From the NCBI GenBank assembly GCA_964444425.1, contig CAYUHK010000005.1, forward strand, positions 4,031-68,030: a stretch of DNA of 64,000 nt, in the 5' to 3' direction. Within the stretch, counting starts at the first letter, position 1. The number at the start of each line of letters is the position of its first letter. The translations under genes were made by a program, and so were the position numbers. This DNA comes from an uncultured Verrucomicrobiota bacterium (GTDB lineage Bacteria; Verrucomicrobiota; Kiritimatiellia; JAAZAB01). Positions 1 through 9,206 of this stretch are shown here, piece by piece. A model generated the notes under the pieces. That model saw nothing but the letters and a program-made list of their open reading frames with translations, made no database searches and had not been told where the DNA came from.

Positions 1-436
1 TTACCTGGCCGAACCCACCGAGGTTCAAACCGGCCAGCTGCTGGCGGCGGCCTGGCAGGCCAATAAAAAGGTTTGGGTGCCAGCCTATCATCCGCAGCAG
101 CATTATCGCTACGTTCCGCTAGAGCGCCAGACTGTGCTGACGGTCGGCCATTGGAACATCAACGAGCCTGCCAATCCACTCTGGCAAGATCCCCAGGCCA
201 TAGATCTGGCGCTAATCCCCGGCCTGGCTTTTGATAGCCAGGGCGGCCGGCTGGGGCATGGCAAAGGCTATTATGACAGTCTTTTAGCTGAAGCGGCTTT
301 ATTGCCAGCCCGCAAGATCGGCTTAGCTTTTGACTTTCAACTACAGGATAAGCTGCCGCTGGAAATCTGGGATGTCGCTATGGACATCATCGTGACGGAT
401 CAATCTGTGATCCGCTGTGAAATTGATAACAAATGA
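1..436 (+). CDS. 5-formyltetrahydrofolate cyclo-ligase (MTHFS family); 5' end lies outside the window
   Basis: The frame is open from position 2 through the stop at 434-436. The motif GGRLGHGKGYYD is typical of 5-FCL. Confidence 0.6.
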   Translation, partial: YLAEPTEVQTGQLLAAAWQANKKVWVPAYHPQQHYRYVPLERQTVLTVGHWNINEPANPLWQDPQAIDLALIPGLAFDSQGGRLGHGKGYYDSLLAEAALLPARKIGLAFDFQLQDKLPLEIWDVAMDIIVTDQSVIRCEIDNK

Positions 437-470
437 GCAATAGCCGAACGCGAGTTCGGAGGGGGTATTC

Positions 471-2024
471 ATGCTACAATGGTGGACTGGTGCATTGGTC
501 GTTATGCTGGCGGCCGGCTTGGGTTATTATATCCGCCTGATTATCGGCCGTTACGAAATCAAATCAGGCTCTTTGGAGGCCAAACGGCTATTGGAGGACG
601 CGCGGCGCGAATCTGAGGCTCTGCGCAAAGAAGCCGGTCTGCAGGCCAAAACCGAAGTGCTGCAAGCGCGCGACGTCTTTGAGAATGAGATTAAAGGGCG
701 CCGCCAGGAAGTGGTGGCCTTGGAAGCCCGGGCAGCGGAGCGCGAGCTGAACCTTGACCGCAAGCTGGCGATGCTGGATAAAAAAAATCTAGCCAGCGAA
801 CAAAAATTAGCTGAGCTGGAAAAACAAGCCAGCGAGCTGGCCCAACAGCGCAATGAATATAAAGAGCTGATTCAGGCTGAACGGGAGAAACTGCAACGCA
901 TTGCTGGAATGACCTTGGCGGAAGCGCGCCGCGCGCTGCTGCAGCAGACCGAGGAGGACGTGCGCGGCGAGAGCGGCATGTTGATTCGGCGCCTGCAGGA
1001 GGAGGCCAAACAAAACGCCGAGCGTGAATCCAAGAAGATCGTGGCCCTGGCCATTCAGCGCTGCGCGGCTGGCCATGTAAACGAAATAATGACCAGCACC
1101 GTCGCCCTGCCCAGCGAAGATATGAAGGGCCGCATCATTGGGCGTGAGGGCCGGAATATTCGAGCCCTCGAAGCAGCTACCGGTGTTGATCTATTGGTGG
1201 ACGACACCCCTGAGGCCGTGGTTATTTCCGCTTTTGACCCGCTGCGCCGTGAGATTGCCAAGCAGACCTTGGAACGTTTGATCGTGGATGGGCGCATCCA
1301 TCCGGCGCGCATTGAAGAAATCGTTGCCAAGGTTAAGGAAGAGCTTATCGAGGTGATCCGAGGTGCCGGCGAAGAAGCCATTTACGCGGCTGGCTTGCAA
1401 ACGATTGATCCGGAGCTGGTGCGCACGCTTGGGCGGCTAAAATATCGGAATAGCTATTCTCAGAATGTACTGATGCACTCCATCGAAGTGGCCCAGTTGA
1501 TGGGCAGCATGGCTGGCGAATTGGGATTGGATGCGGCTCTGGCCAAACGCATTGGTCTATTTCATGACATCGGCAAAGCGCTCGACAGCGAGGTCGAGGG
1601 CAATCACGCCATCATCGGCGCCGATTTACTGCGCCGGCACGGCGAATCTCAAATAGTGCTCAATGCCGTGGCCGCTCATCATGCCGACGTGGAGCCGGAA
1701 AGTATTTATGCCATCCTCGCAGCCGCCGGCGATGCCATTTCGGCCTCCCGGCCGGGCGCCCGCTCCGAAACCACCGCCATCTATGTCAAGCGCCTAGAAC
1801 AGCTTGAGGCGATCGCCGCGGGATTCAGCGGCGTGGAAAAAAGCTATGCCATCCAGGCCGGGCGCGAAGTGCGGATCATTGTCCAGCCGGATAAGGTGGA
1901 TGATGCCAGCGCCATGCATCTGGCGCGGGACATCAGCAAGAAGATTGAGCAAGAACTGCAGTATCCTGGCCAGATCAAGGTAACCGTGATTCGTGAAAAA
2001 CGCTGTATCGAATACGCTCGCTAA
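471..2024 (+). CDS. rny: Ribonuclease Y
   Basis: N-terminal TM helix (WWTGALVVMLAAGLGYY), a long coiled coil, a KH motif (GRIIGREGRNIRALE) and an HD domain (HSIEVAQLMGS...LFHDIGKA). A strong SD (GGAGGGGG) lies upstream. Confidence 0.9.
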   Translation: MLQWWTGALVVMLAAGLGYYIRLIIGRYEIKSGSLEAKRLLEDARRESEALRKEAGLQAKTEVLQARDVFENEIKGRRQEVVALEARAAERELNLDRKLAMLDKKNLASEQKLAELEKQASELAQQRNEYKELIQAEREKLQRIAGMTLAEARRALLQQTEEDVRGESGMLIRRLQEEAKQNAERESKKIVALAIQRCAAGHVNEIMTSTVALPSEDMKGRIIGREGRNIRALEAATGVDLLVDDTPEAVVISAFDPLRREIAKQTLERLIVDGRIHPARIEEIVAKVKEELIEVIRGAGEEAIYAAGLQTIDPELVRTLGRLKYRNSYSQNVLMHSIEVAQLMGSMAGELGLDAALAKRIGLFHDIGKALDSEVEGNHAIIGADLLRRHGESQIVLNAVAAHHADVEPESIYAILAAAGDAISASRPGARSETTAIYVKRLEQLEAIAAGFSGVEKSYAIQAGREVRIIVQPDKVDDASAMHLARDISKKIEQELQYPGQIKVTVIREKRCIEYAR

Positions 2025-2367
2025 AGTTGGGCCGCCGAACAGCCTTTTACGGGCGCTTGCAAGAAGGCGAACTAAGCGCGCGGCGGCGCCCGCGGCCGCT
2101 TGACTTTTATTATTATAGCCAGCATATTATCCATCATCCTGTATAGTAACCAGAGCGCCGCCACGGCCAGACTTCTCCAAAAATAATTAAAGCGCCGGCG
2201 GCGCATGGAGAGAAAATATGAGCGTGAGCCAGCTCGTCTGTTCGGCGGCGGCACCCGCGGCATCAAACGGCCTATCTCATTGCCTTATTTTTTGGTTAAA
2301 GTCCGCTGCCAGGCTATGATCAAAAAATATATAAATCAAGGAGCAGCGGGCTAATTATCGCAAGCTA

Positions 2368-3735
2368 TTGAGGCAGGCTAAAAAAATGACTCTTGAGGAA
2401 CCTTACTTGATCAAACCACTAAATGAATTCAGAGCAACAGCGCGGCTTGATCAGGCTGACGCGCCGCTTAGCGGCGGCACCGACACGGGCGTAAAAGTTT
2501 TCCGAGTGGCAGAGATCACGCGTCTGATCAAGGACCTGCTGGAAGATGGGATCGGCGAAGCTTGGATCGAAGGAGAACTTTCTAATCTACGCCAGCCTGG
2601 CTCCGGCCATCTCTATTTCACCCTTAAGGACTCGGCCGCCCAGATAGCCGCCGTCATGTTTCGCGGCGACCAGCGCGCATTACGTTTTCAACCGAGCGAT
2701 GGCTTATTGGTACGAGCCTTCGGCCGGATCAGCGTCTATGAGAAAAGCGGCCAATATCAAATAATCGTTCGGCAAATGCACACCAGCGGCCAGGGCGCCC
2801 TGCAGGCGGCTTTTGAGGCGCTAAAAAATAAACTTGCGGCCGAAGGCTTATTCGATGCCTCCCGCAAAAGAGCCCTGCCGCTCCTGCCCCGTCATATTGG
2901 GATAGTCACTTCGCCCAGCGGCGCGGCCATTCGCGATATTCTGAAGATTTTAGCGCGACGCTTTTATAACCTGCACATAGTGCTGGCGCCGGCGCGCGTA
3001 CAGGGCGCGACGGCGGCAGACGAGATTGCCGCAGCGCTTGATTTATTAAATGCTCAAGGCGGACTCGACGTATTGATCGTGGCCCGTGGCGGCGGCAGCC
3101 TAGAGGACCTATGGTGTTTCAACGAGGAAAGCGTTGCCCGCGCCGTGGCGCGCTCGGCCATTCCAGTCATCTCAGCTGTGGGGCATGAGATTGACTATAC
3201 GATCTGCGATTTTATTGCCGATCTGCGGGCGCCGACCCCTTCGGCGGCGGCCGAGCTGGTGGTGCGCGAAAAAACAGAGTGGCTGGGGCAACTGGAGACA
3301 AACGCCCGGCGCCTGCAGCATAGTCTCCAACAACACTATCGCACCGAGCAACAGCGCTTATTGGCGATCAGCCGGAGTCACGTATTCCGCGAGCCGGCTC
3401 ACCTAGCCCAGCGTTATCGAGATCGGATTGAGCGCCAGGAATTGCGGATGCGGCATGGCTTGGATAGCCTCCTGCGCGAGCGCCAACAAACCACGGACGA
3501 TTTGAGCCAGCGCATCGAGCGCTATCTACGTGAATGGCAACGCCTACGCAGACTGGATATCAAACGCCTCAAACTGCTCTTAAACGGCTTTAATCCGCAA
3601 GCGGTCCTACAGCGTGGATTCAGCGTTACTTCGCGACCTAATGGAGTTATTTTAAAAGATATCAGTGAGCTAAAACAGGGCGAGCGGGTCATCACACGCT
3701 TGGCGCGAGGCACTTTTGAATCTAAGGTTATCTAA
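2368..3735 (+). CDS. xseA: Exodeoxyribonuclease VII large subunit
   Basis: OB-fold N-terminus and the motif ISAVGHEIDYTICDFIADLRAPTPSAAAEL. It is followed by xseB. Confidence 0.85.
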   Translation: MRQAKKMTLEEPYLIKPLNEFRATARLDQADAPLSGGTDTGVKVFRVAEITRLIKDLLEDGIGEAWIEGELSNLRQPGSGHLYFTLKDSAAQIAAVMFRGDQRALRFQPSDGLLVRAFGRISVYEKSGQYQIIVRQMHTSGQGALQAAFEALKNKLAAEGLFDASRKRALPLLPRHIGIVTSPSGAAIRDILKILARRFYNLHIVLAPARVQGATAADEIAAALDLLNAQGGLDVLIVARGGGSLEDLWCFNEESVARAVARSAIPVISAVGHEIDYTICDFIADLRAPTPSAAAELVVREKTEWLGQLETNARRLQHSLQQHYRTEQQRLLAISRSHVFREPAHLAQRYRDRIERQELRMRHGLDSLLRERQQTTDDLSQRIERYLREWQRLRRLDIKRLKLLLNGFNPQAVLQRGFSVTSRPNGVILKDISELKQGERVITRLARGTFESKVI

Positions 3736-3820
3736 AGGCAGCAACATGACAGGCAGCCTATGTTCCAAAAGCAAGCAACCATGCGCCAAGCGGCGCTTAA
3801 CTTAATCAGGAGCCCTAATT

Positions 3821-4075
3821 ATGTCGACCAAAGATAAAGAGCTGAGTTTTGAGAAAGCGCTAGAACGCCTGGAAAAGATCGTACAAGAAATGGAAAGCGG
3901 CCAATTAAGCCTGGATAAAATGATGCGCTATTTCGAGGAAGGCGTGGCGCTGGTAAAATCCTGCGAAGAAAAACTGAATGAAGTGGAACATAAAATCGAG
4001 GTTCTGGTGAAGGCCAGCGGCCGCATAACCACCGCGCCCTTCGCAGAAACTGAACCAGTGTCCGATCAAGGCTGA
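3821..4075 (+). CDS. xseB: Exodeoxyribonuclease VII small subunit
   Basis: 84 aa with SFEKALERLEKIVQEMESGQLSLD, the typical XseB helix. It sits directly between xseA and dxs. Confidence 0.8.
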   Translation: MSTKDKELSFEKALERLEKIVQEMESGQLSLDKMMRYFEEGVALVKSCEEKLNEVEHKIEVLVKASGRITTAPFAETEPVSDQG

Positions 4076-4076
4076 T

Positions 4077-5978
4077 ATGACCACGCTGCTGGATAAAATC
4101 AACAGCCCCGCTGATGTTAAGGCCCTAAGCCTGGATGAAATGATCCAGCTGGCCGAAGAAATCCGCGGCTTTATTATTAAAACCGTCAGCATCACTGGTG
4201 GCCATCTGGCGGCCAATCTGGGCACGGTAGAATTATCCATTGCCTTGCTTAAGGTTTTTGACCCACCAACTGATAAGTTGCTTTGGGATGTTAGCCATCA
4301 GACCTATGCCTATAAAATCATGACTGGACGCAGGGAAGCCTTTCATACCTTGCGGCAGACCGACGGTATTTCTGGGTTTCTCCTGAAATCCGAAAGCGCC
4401 TATGACGCCTTTGGCGCCGGACATGCCGGCACGGCGCTTTCTGCGGCGATCGGCATGGCTGTTGCCCGAGATCGCCAGCAGGGCCCGGAGCATATTGTGG
4501 CCATCATTGGCGACGGTGCGCTTGGCTGTGGCAGCTCCTTTGAGGCCATGAATAACCTGGCGAGCGCCACCCGGCGCCTGATCGTTATCCTGAATGACAA
4601 CGAAATGTCCATCTCCGCCAATGTGGGATCCATTGCGCGCACTCTGGGCGAACTGCTAGCGCATCCCCGCTATAATCGCTGGAAAAGCTCGGTGGAACGC
4701 TTTGCCAAGGATCGCCTACGCTTAACCTGGCTGCGGCAGGTATATTTTCGACTGGAGGAAACCATTAAAGGCCTATTTTTAAGCAGTGGATTTTTTGAGA
4801 AATTTGGACTGCGTTATATCGGTCCGATTGATGGCCACAACCTTCGCACCTTGATTGCTGCGCTTGAGACCAGCCGGCGTTCCGATGAGCCAATGCTGCT
4901 GCATGTCTCCACTCAAAAGGGCAAAGGCTATCCCTATGCCGAGGAGGAGCCAGAAGCCTGGCATGGCATCGGCGCCTTTGAATGCGATACCGGCCAGCTC
5001 CTGGCCAAGCCTAATAACGCCCTGAAATACTCAGAGGTGTTTGGCCAAACCTTGGAGCGGCTGGCGCGCACTAATGATAGAATCGTGGCGGTTACTGCGG
5101 CAATGACAACCGGCACCGGTTTAAGCGCATTTGCTCGCGCCTTTCCTAAACGCTTTTTTGATGTGGGCATTTCTGAAGAACATGCGGTAATCTTCGCCGC
5201 TGGACTAGCCGCAGCTGGATATGCACCAGTGCTAGCCATATATTCCACCTTTGCACAACGTATTGTAGATTACGTGATTCACGATGTTTGCTTGCAGCAA
5301 TTGCCAGTGGTCTTCTGTCTGGATCGAGCCGGCCTGGTCGGCGATGACGGCCCCACCCATCACGGCGTGTTCGACATCGCTCTTTTTCGAACCCTCCCGC
5401 ATCTGGTCATGCTCCAGCCGCGCGACGAAGCAGAATTGGCACACATGTTGCATACGGCGATAACCTGGCAACGCCCAGTTATGATTCGCTATCCGCGCGG
5501 TTGCGGCCCGGGCGCGGCACTGCCAGCAACCCTCCAGACACTGCCACTAGGCCAAGCTGAAATAATGCGGCCAGGGCGGCAAGTACAGCTATGGGCCTTA
5601 GGTGATATGCTGCCCCTAGCCCAGGACATTGCCGAACGCCTGCATGCCGCTGAAGTGAATGCCGGCATCGTCAACCCACGCTTCATCGCTCCACTGGATA
5701 AAGCATTGCTACAAGAGCAGGCCGCCGCGGCGGGCGTCTTCGTCACGCTGGAAAATGCCATCAGCACAGGCGGCTTTGGCTCGACCGTTGCGGAAATCCT
5801 GACGGAGCTGCATTTTGACGGCACGCTGCTGCGCTGCGGCTGGCCCAATCGTTTTGTGCCTCAAGGCGCCTTTGACATCCTGCGCAAGCGTTTTGGATTA
5901 ACCGCCAACACTATTACGGAAAAAATACTTAAGGCCCTACAAAACAAGTTGTCCGGCGCTGGCGAGAAAAGCCATTGA
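4077..5978 (+). CDS. dxs: 1-deoxy-D-xylulose-5-phosphate synthase
   Basis: Motifs GGHLAANLGTVELSIAL, DVSHQTYAYKI and a TPP-binding IIGDGAL. The start is 1 nt after the xseB stop. Confidence 0.9.
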   Translation: MTTLLDKINSPADVKALSLDEMIQLAEEIRGFIIKTVSITGGHLAANLGTVELSIALLKVFDPPTDKLLWDVSHQTYAYKIMTGRREAFHTLRQTDGISGFLLKSESAYDAFGAGHAGTALSAAIGMAVARDRQQGPEHIVAIIGDGALGCGSSFEAMNNLASATRRLIVILNDNEMSISANVGSIARTLGELLAHPRYNRWKSSVERFAKDRLRLTWLRQVYFRLEETIKGLFLSSGFFEKFGLRYIGPIDGHNLRTLIAALETSRRSDEPMLLHVSTQKGKGYPYAEEEPEAWHGIGAFECDTGQLLAKPNNALKYSEVFGQTLERLARTNDRIVAVTAAMTTGTGLSAFARAFPKRFFDVGISEEHAVIFAAGLAAAGYAPVLAIYSTFAQRIVDYVIHDVCLQQLPVVFCLDRAGLVGDDGPTHHGVFDIALFRTLPHLVMLQPRDEAELAHMLHTAITWQRPVMIRYPRGCGPGAALPATLQTLPLGQAEIMRPGRQVQLWALGDMLPLAQDIAERLHAAEVNAGIVNPRFIAPLDKALLQEQAAAAGVFVTLENAISTGGFGSTVAEILTELHFDGTLLRCGWPNRFVPQGAFDILRKRFGLTANTITEKILKALQNKLSGAGEKSH

Positions 5979-6008
5979 ACTAGCATGCCGATCTAGGCCG
6001 CCATCCGA

Positions 6009-6761
6009 ATGGAATACAATATGGCTTCAAGGCGACAGCGTTTGGATCAAATCCTGGTAGAAAGGGCACTGGCCGAAAGCCGCACTAAGGCTCAAGGTCT
6101 GATTCTAGCTGGGCAAGTACTGGTGAATGGTCAAGCGATTGATAAGCCTGGCCACCAGGTAGCCAGGGATAGTCGGATCAGCCTAGTAGCTGAGCCGCGT
6201 TTTGTTAGCCGTGGCGGCGAGAAACTGGAACATGCCTTTCAGGCCTTTGCCCTGGATGTACATGGCTTAGTCTGCCTTGATATCGGCGCTTCCACCGGCG
6301 GATTTAGTGACTGCCTACTCCAGCATGGTGCGGCTAAAGTCTATGCCATTGACGTGGGCATTGGCCAACTGCATTGGAAACTCCGTAATCACCCTCGCAT
6401 CGTCGTCATGGACAGGCTCAACGCCCGCTTTCTCAGGCCGGCAGATCTTCCGGAACTGGCCGATTACGCCGTTGTGGACGTGGCATTTATCTCTTTGACA
6501 AAGATACTGCCGGCGGTTAAAGATGTGCTCCGACCGGCGGCTCACATCGTCACGCTGATCAAACCACAATTTGAAGCCGGACGCCAGGAGGTTGGTTGTG
6601 GCGGCGTTGTGCGCGACCCAGCGGTACACCAGGAGGTGGTCAGGCGGATTCGCCGTTTCGGTGAAGATGAACTGAATCTGCAATGGCTGGACGTTTGTGA
6701 AGCGTTTCCACGCGGGCCGGCCGGCAACCTTGAATATTTAGCATATTGGAAAAAACCATGA
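6009..6761 (+). CDS. tlyA: TlyA-family rRNA (cytidine-2'-O)-methyltransferase / haemolysin-like
   Basis: An S4 domain (RLDQILVERALAESRTKAQGLILAGQV) is followed by an FtsJ-like SAM motif LDIGASTGGFSDCLLQHGAAKVYAIDVG. Confidence 0.8.
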   Translation: MEYNMASRRQRLDQILVERALAESRTKAQGLILAGQVLVNGQAIDKPGHQVARDSRISLVAEPRFVSRGGEKLEHAFQAFALDVHGLVCLDIGASTGGFSDCLLQHGAAKVYAIDVGIGQLHWKLRNHPRIVVMDRLNARFLRPADLPELADYAVVDVAFISLTKILPAVKDVLRPAAHIVTLIKPQFEAGRQEVGCGGVVRDPAVHQEVVRRIRRFGEDELNLQWLDVCEAFPRGPAGNLEYLAYWKKP

Positions 6762-7621
6762 AAACTATCGGCATATTCGCCAATTGCGAGAAGCCTTCAG
6801 CGGCGGCAGTGCTTAAGCGCTTGGATAAGCGCGGCCAACAGCTGGGCCTGCGCTTGATGGCAACTGAATCCACTGCGGCGCTGATGCCACGCGCCCGGAA
6901 GGTAACCCAGGCCGAGTTCATCCATCAAATTGATCTGCTGATGGTGCTGGGCGGCGACGGCACTATGCTGAATGCTGTGCGTCTACTGCAGGGCCGTGAT
7001 GTTCCAGTGCTGGGCATCAACTTAGGCAGCCTGGGTTTTCTCACTAGCCTGGCCCAAGAAGATATTGATAAAGCCATAAGACATCTAGCCCAAGGAAAAT
7101 TCTCTACCAGCCGCCGCAGCTTAGCTGATTGCAACGTCCGCCGAGCCGGGCGCATCGTTAGCCGCTATCGAGCTCTGAACGACATCGTCATTGACCGCGG
7201 CGCATCGGCGCGGATCATCACCCTCAACCTGCTGTTGGATGAGGAGGAGGTATCCTCCTATCGCGCCGATGGCCTAATCGTTTCCACGCCGACCGGCAGC
7301 ACCGGGCATTCGGTATCGGCCGGCGGCCCGATCCTGCATCCCAAAACACGAGCTTTTGTTATCAATCTGATTTGTCCACATACTTTGAGCGCGCGACCTT
7401 TGGTGATCCCCGATGAAAAACGGATCGCTGTGGAAATCGCCAGAAGCGCGGGCGAGCTCCCGCTCTCCATAGACGGACAGATTGGCGAAGCACTCAAGAT
7501 AGGCGATCGAGTAGAAATACGTCGCAGTGCGCGTTGCATTCGCTTTATTCATCCACCCGACTACAATTATTTCGCCGTCTTGCGCCAAAAACTGCACTGG
7601 CGTGGATCGGCGATAGTCTAG
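6746..7621 (+). CDS. nadK: NAD(+) kinase
   Basis: GGDGTML motif and NDIVIDRG. It overlaps the tlyA stop, so the true start may be the MKTIG methionine at 6758. Confidence 0.85.
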   Translation: MEKTMKTIGIFANCEKPSAAAVLKRLDKRGQQLGLRLMATESTAALMPRARKVTQAEFIHQIDLLMVLGGDGTMLNAVRLLQGRDVPVLGINLGSLGFLTSLAQEDIDKAIRHLAQGKFSTSRRSLADCNVRRAGRIVSRYRALNDIVIDRGASARIITLNLLLDEEEVSSYRADGLIVSTPTGSTGHSVSAGGPILHPKTRAFVINLICPHTLSARPLVIPDEKRIAVEIARSAGELPLSIDGQIGEALKIGDRVEIRRSARCIRFIHPPDYNYFAVLRQKLHWRGSAIV

Positions 7622-7663
7622 CCTGAAACCGGCCAACGCCGGCCGACCGAGGCGCACCCGTTT

Positions 7664-9121
7664 ATGCTATGGTTATCCATATTGCTATCGCGCTGGCGGC
7701 GGCCGAGCGGCTATGGCGATGTCCTGCGCATCAGCCTGCCGCTGGTGATCAGCATGGGCTCGCACACAGTCATGCTTTTTACCGATCGCCTTTTTCTGGG
7801 GCGTTATTCACTGGATGCTATCGCGGCCGCCACGCCGGCCGGCATGCTGGCTTTCATGTTCCTGTGTTTCTTTATGGGTGTGATCGGATTCACCAATACC
7901 TTGGTGGCGCAATACAGTGGCGCCGGCGCGCCGCGACGCATTGGCAGCGCCATCTGGCAAGCGATTTATTTTACCTTCGGCGCCGGCTTAATTCTGGCCG
8001 CGCTGGCGCCAACCGGCCGGTTCATCTTTGGCCTGGCCGGACACCCTCCCGAGATACAGCAGCTGGAATATATTTATTTTACCATTCTGATGCTGGGATC
8101 GGTTTTTTCGTTACTACATGACAGCCTAGCTTGTTTCTACTCAGGCCGTGGGCTGACCAAGGTCATCATGATCATCAACCTGATCGGCATGACGGTGAAC
8201 GTTCCGCTCAACTACATGCTCATCAACGGCCTGGGAGCACTGCCGGCCTTGGGCATTGCTGGCGCGGCCATTGGCACGGTGATCAGCCATTTGGTGATGC
8301 TGATTGTTTTCAGCGCAGTGATATTCACCAATAAAAACGAGGCAGCCTATGGGGTGCGCACTCAGCGCGCCTTCGATCGCGGACTTTTCATGCGCCTATT
8401 GAAATTCGGCGGTCCAGCCGGGGTCCAGTTTTTCGTAGATACTTTTGCCTTCACTTTTTTTCTGTTGATGATTGGTCGCATCGGCCGCAATGAATTAGCC
8501 GCTACCAATTTGACGCTCGCCCTGGGCTCGTTAGCTTTCATGCCCATGATTGGGTTTTCCATTGCCGTAAGCACCCTGGTGGGCCAGGCCATCGGCCGCG
8601 GGCGACCACAAGATGGTGCTATCGCCACCTCCAGCGCGCTGCATTTAACCAGCCTCTACATGTGGAGTGTAGCCTTGATTTTCTTGCTGTTTCCAATGGA
8701 GTTGTGCGGAATCTTTCAAGCCCATCAAGATCCCGCTGAGTTTATGGCTGTGCGCGCCATGGCGGTAATTCTATTACGTTTCGTAGCCTTTTATAGTTTG
8801 CTGGATGTTTTCAACGTGATCTTTTCAGGCGCGCTTAAAGGTGCTGGCGATACCATCTTTATCGGATGGACGGTGGTGATCCTCACCATCAGCGTCATGG
8901 TGGCTCCGGTTTATCTAGCGGTGGTCAAGTTCCAGGCCGGAGTTTACATAGCCTGGATATTCGCTACGGCCTACGTATGCCTACTGGCGCTGGTGTTTTA
9001 CGGCCGCTATCGCTACGGCCATTGGAAAAACATACAGTTGATCGAACCACCCCGCTTGCTCAAAGACCTAGCTGGGCCCTTAGGCGGAGCGCCAGGTTCA
9101 GATATATTAAGTCCGTTTTGA
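7664..9121 (+). CDS. MATE-family multidrug/oligosaccharidyl-lipid exporter (12-TM membrane protein)
   Basis: 485 aa, highly hydrophobic, with two six-helix halves each showing the MATE-typical TM1 pattern. Precise family assignment from sequence alone is tentative. Confidence 0.65.
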   Translation: MLWLSILLSRWRRPSGYGDVLRISLPLVISMGSHTVMLFTDRLFLGRYSLDAIAAATPAGMLAFMFLCFFMGVIGFTNTLVAQYSGAGAPRRIGSAIWQAIYFTFGAGLILAALAPTGRFIFGLAGHPPEIQQLEYIYFTILMLGSVFSLLHDSLACFYSGRGLTKVIMIINLIGMTVNVPLNYMLINGLGALPALGIAGAAIGTVISHLVMLIVFSAVIFTNKNEAAYGVRTQRAFDRGLFMRLLKFGGPAGVQFFVDTFAFTFFLLMIGRIGRNELAATNLTLALGSLAFMPMIGFSIAVSTLVGQAIGRGRPQDGAIATSSALHLTSLYMWSVALIFLLFPMELCGIFQAHQDPAEFMAVRAMAVILLRFVAFYSLLDVFNVIFSGALKGAGDTIFIGWTVVILTISVMVAPVYLAVVKFQAGVYIAWIFATAYVCLLALVFYGRYRYGHWKNIQLIEPPRLLKDLAGPLGGAPGSDILSPF

Positions 9122-9206
9122 TCTAGCGCCAGCCAAGCCCTGCTTGCACAAACGCCGCCGAGCCAGGCCAGTTGTTAAAATCAGCCTTCTATGCTAAGTT
9201 GGCGCA

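Noticed and set aside
551-1400. Several 60-108-aa ORFs on the minus strand inside rny (551-853, 807-1076, 872-1054, 1055-1381, 1191-1400)
   Set aside because: They lie fully antisense within a well-supported conserved gene. Their Arg/Ser/Ala-rich low-complexity translations are typical of GC-rich antisense frames.
7669-8121. 150-aa ORF in an alternative frame overlapping the MATE transporter gene
   Set aside because: It is same-strand out of frame inside a strongly hydrophobic membrane-protein gene. The Arg/His/Gly-rich translation is non-protein-like.
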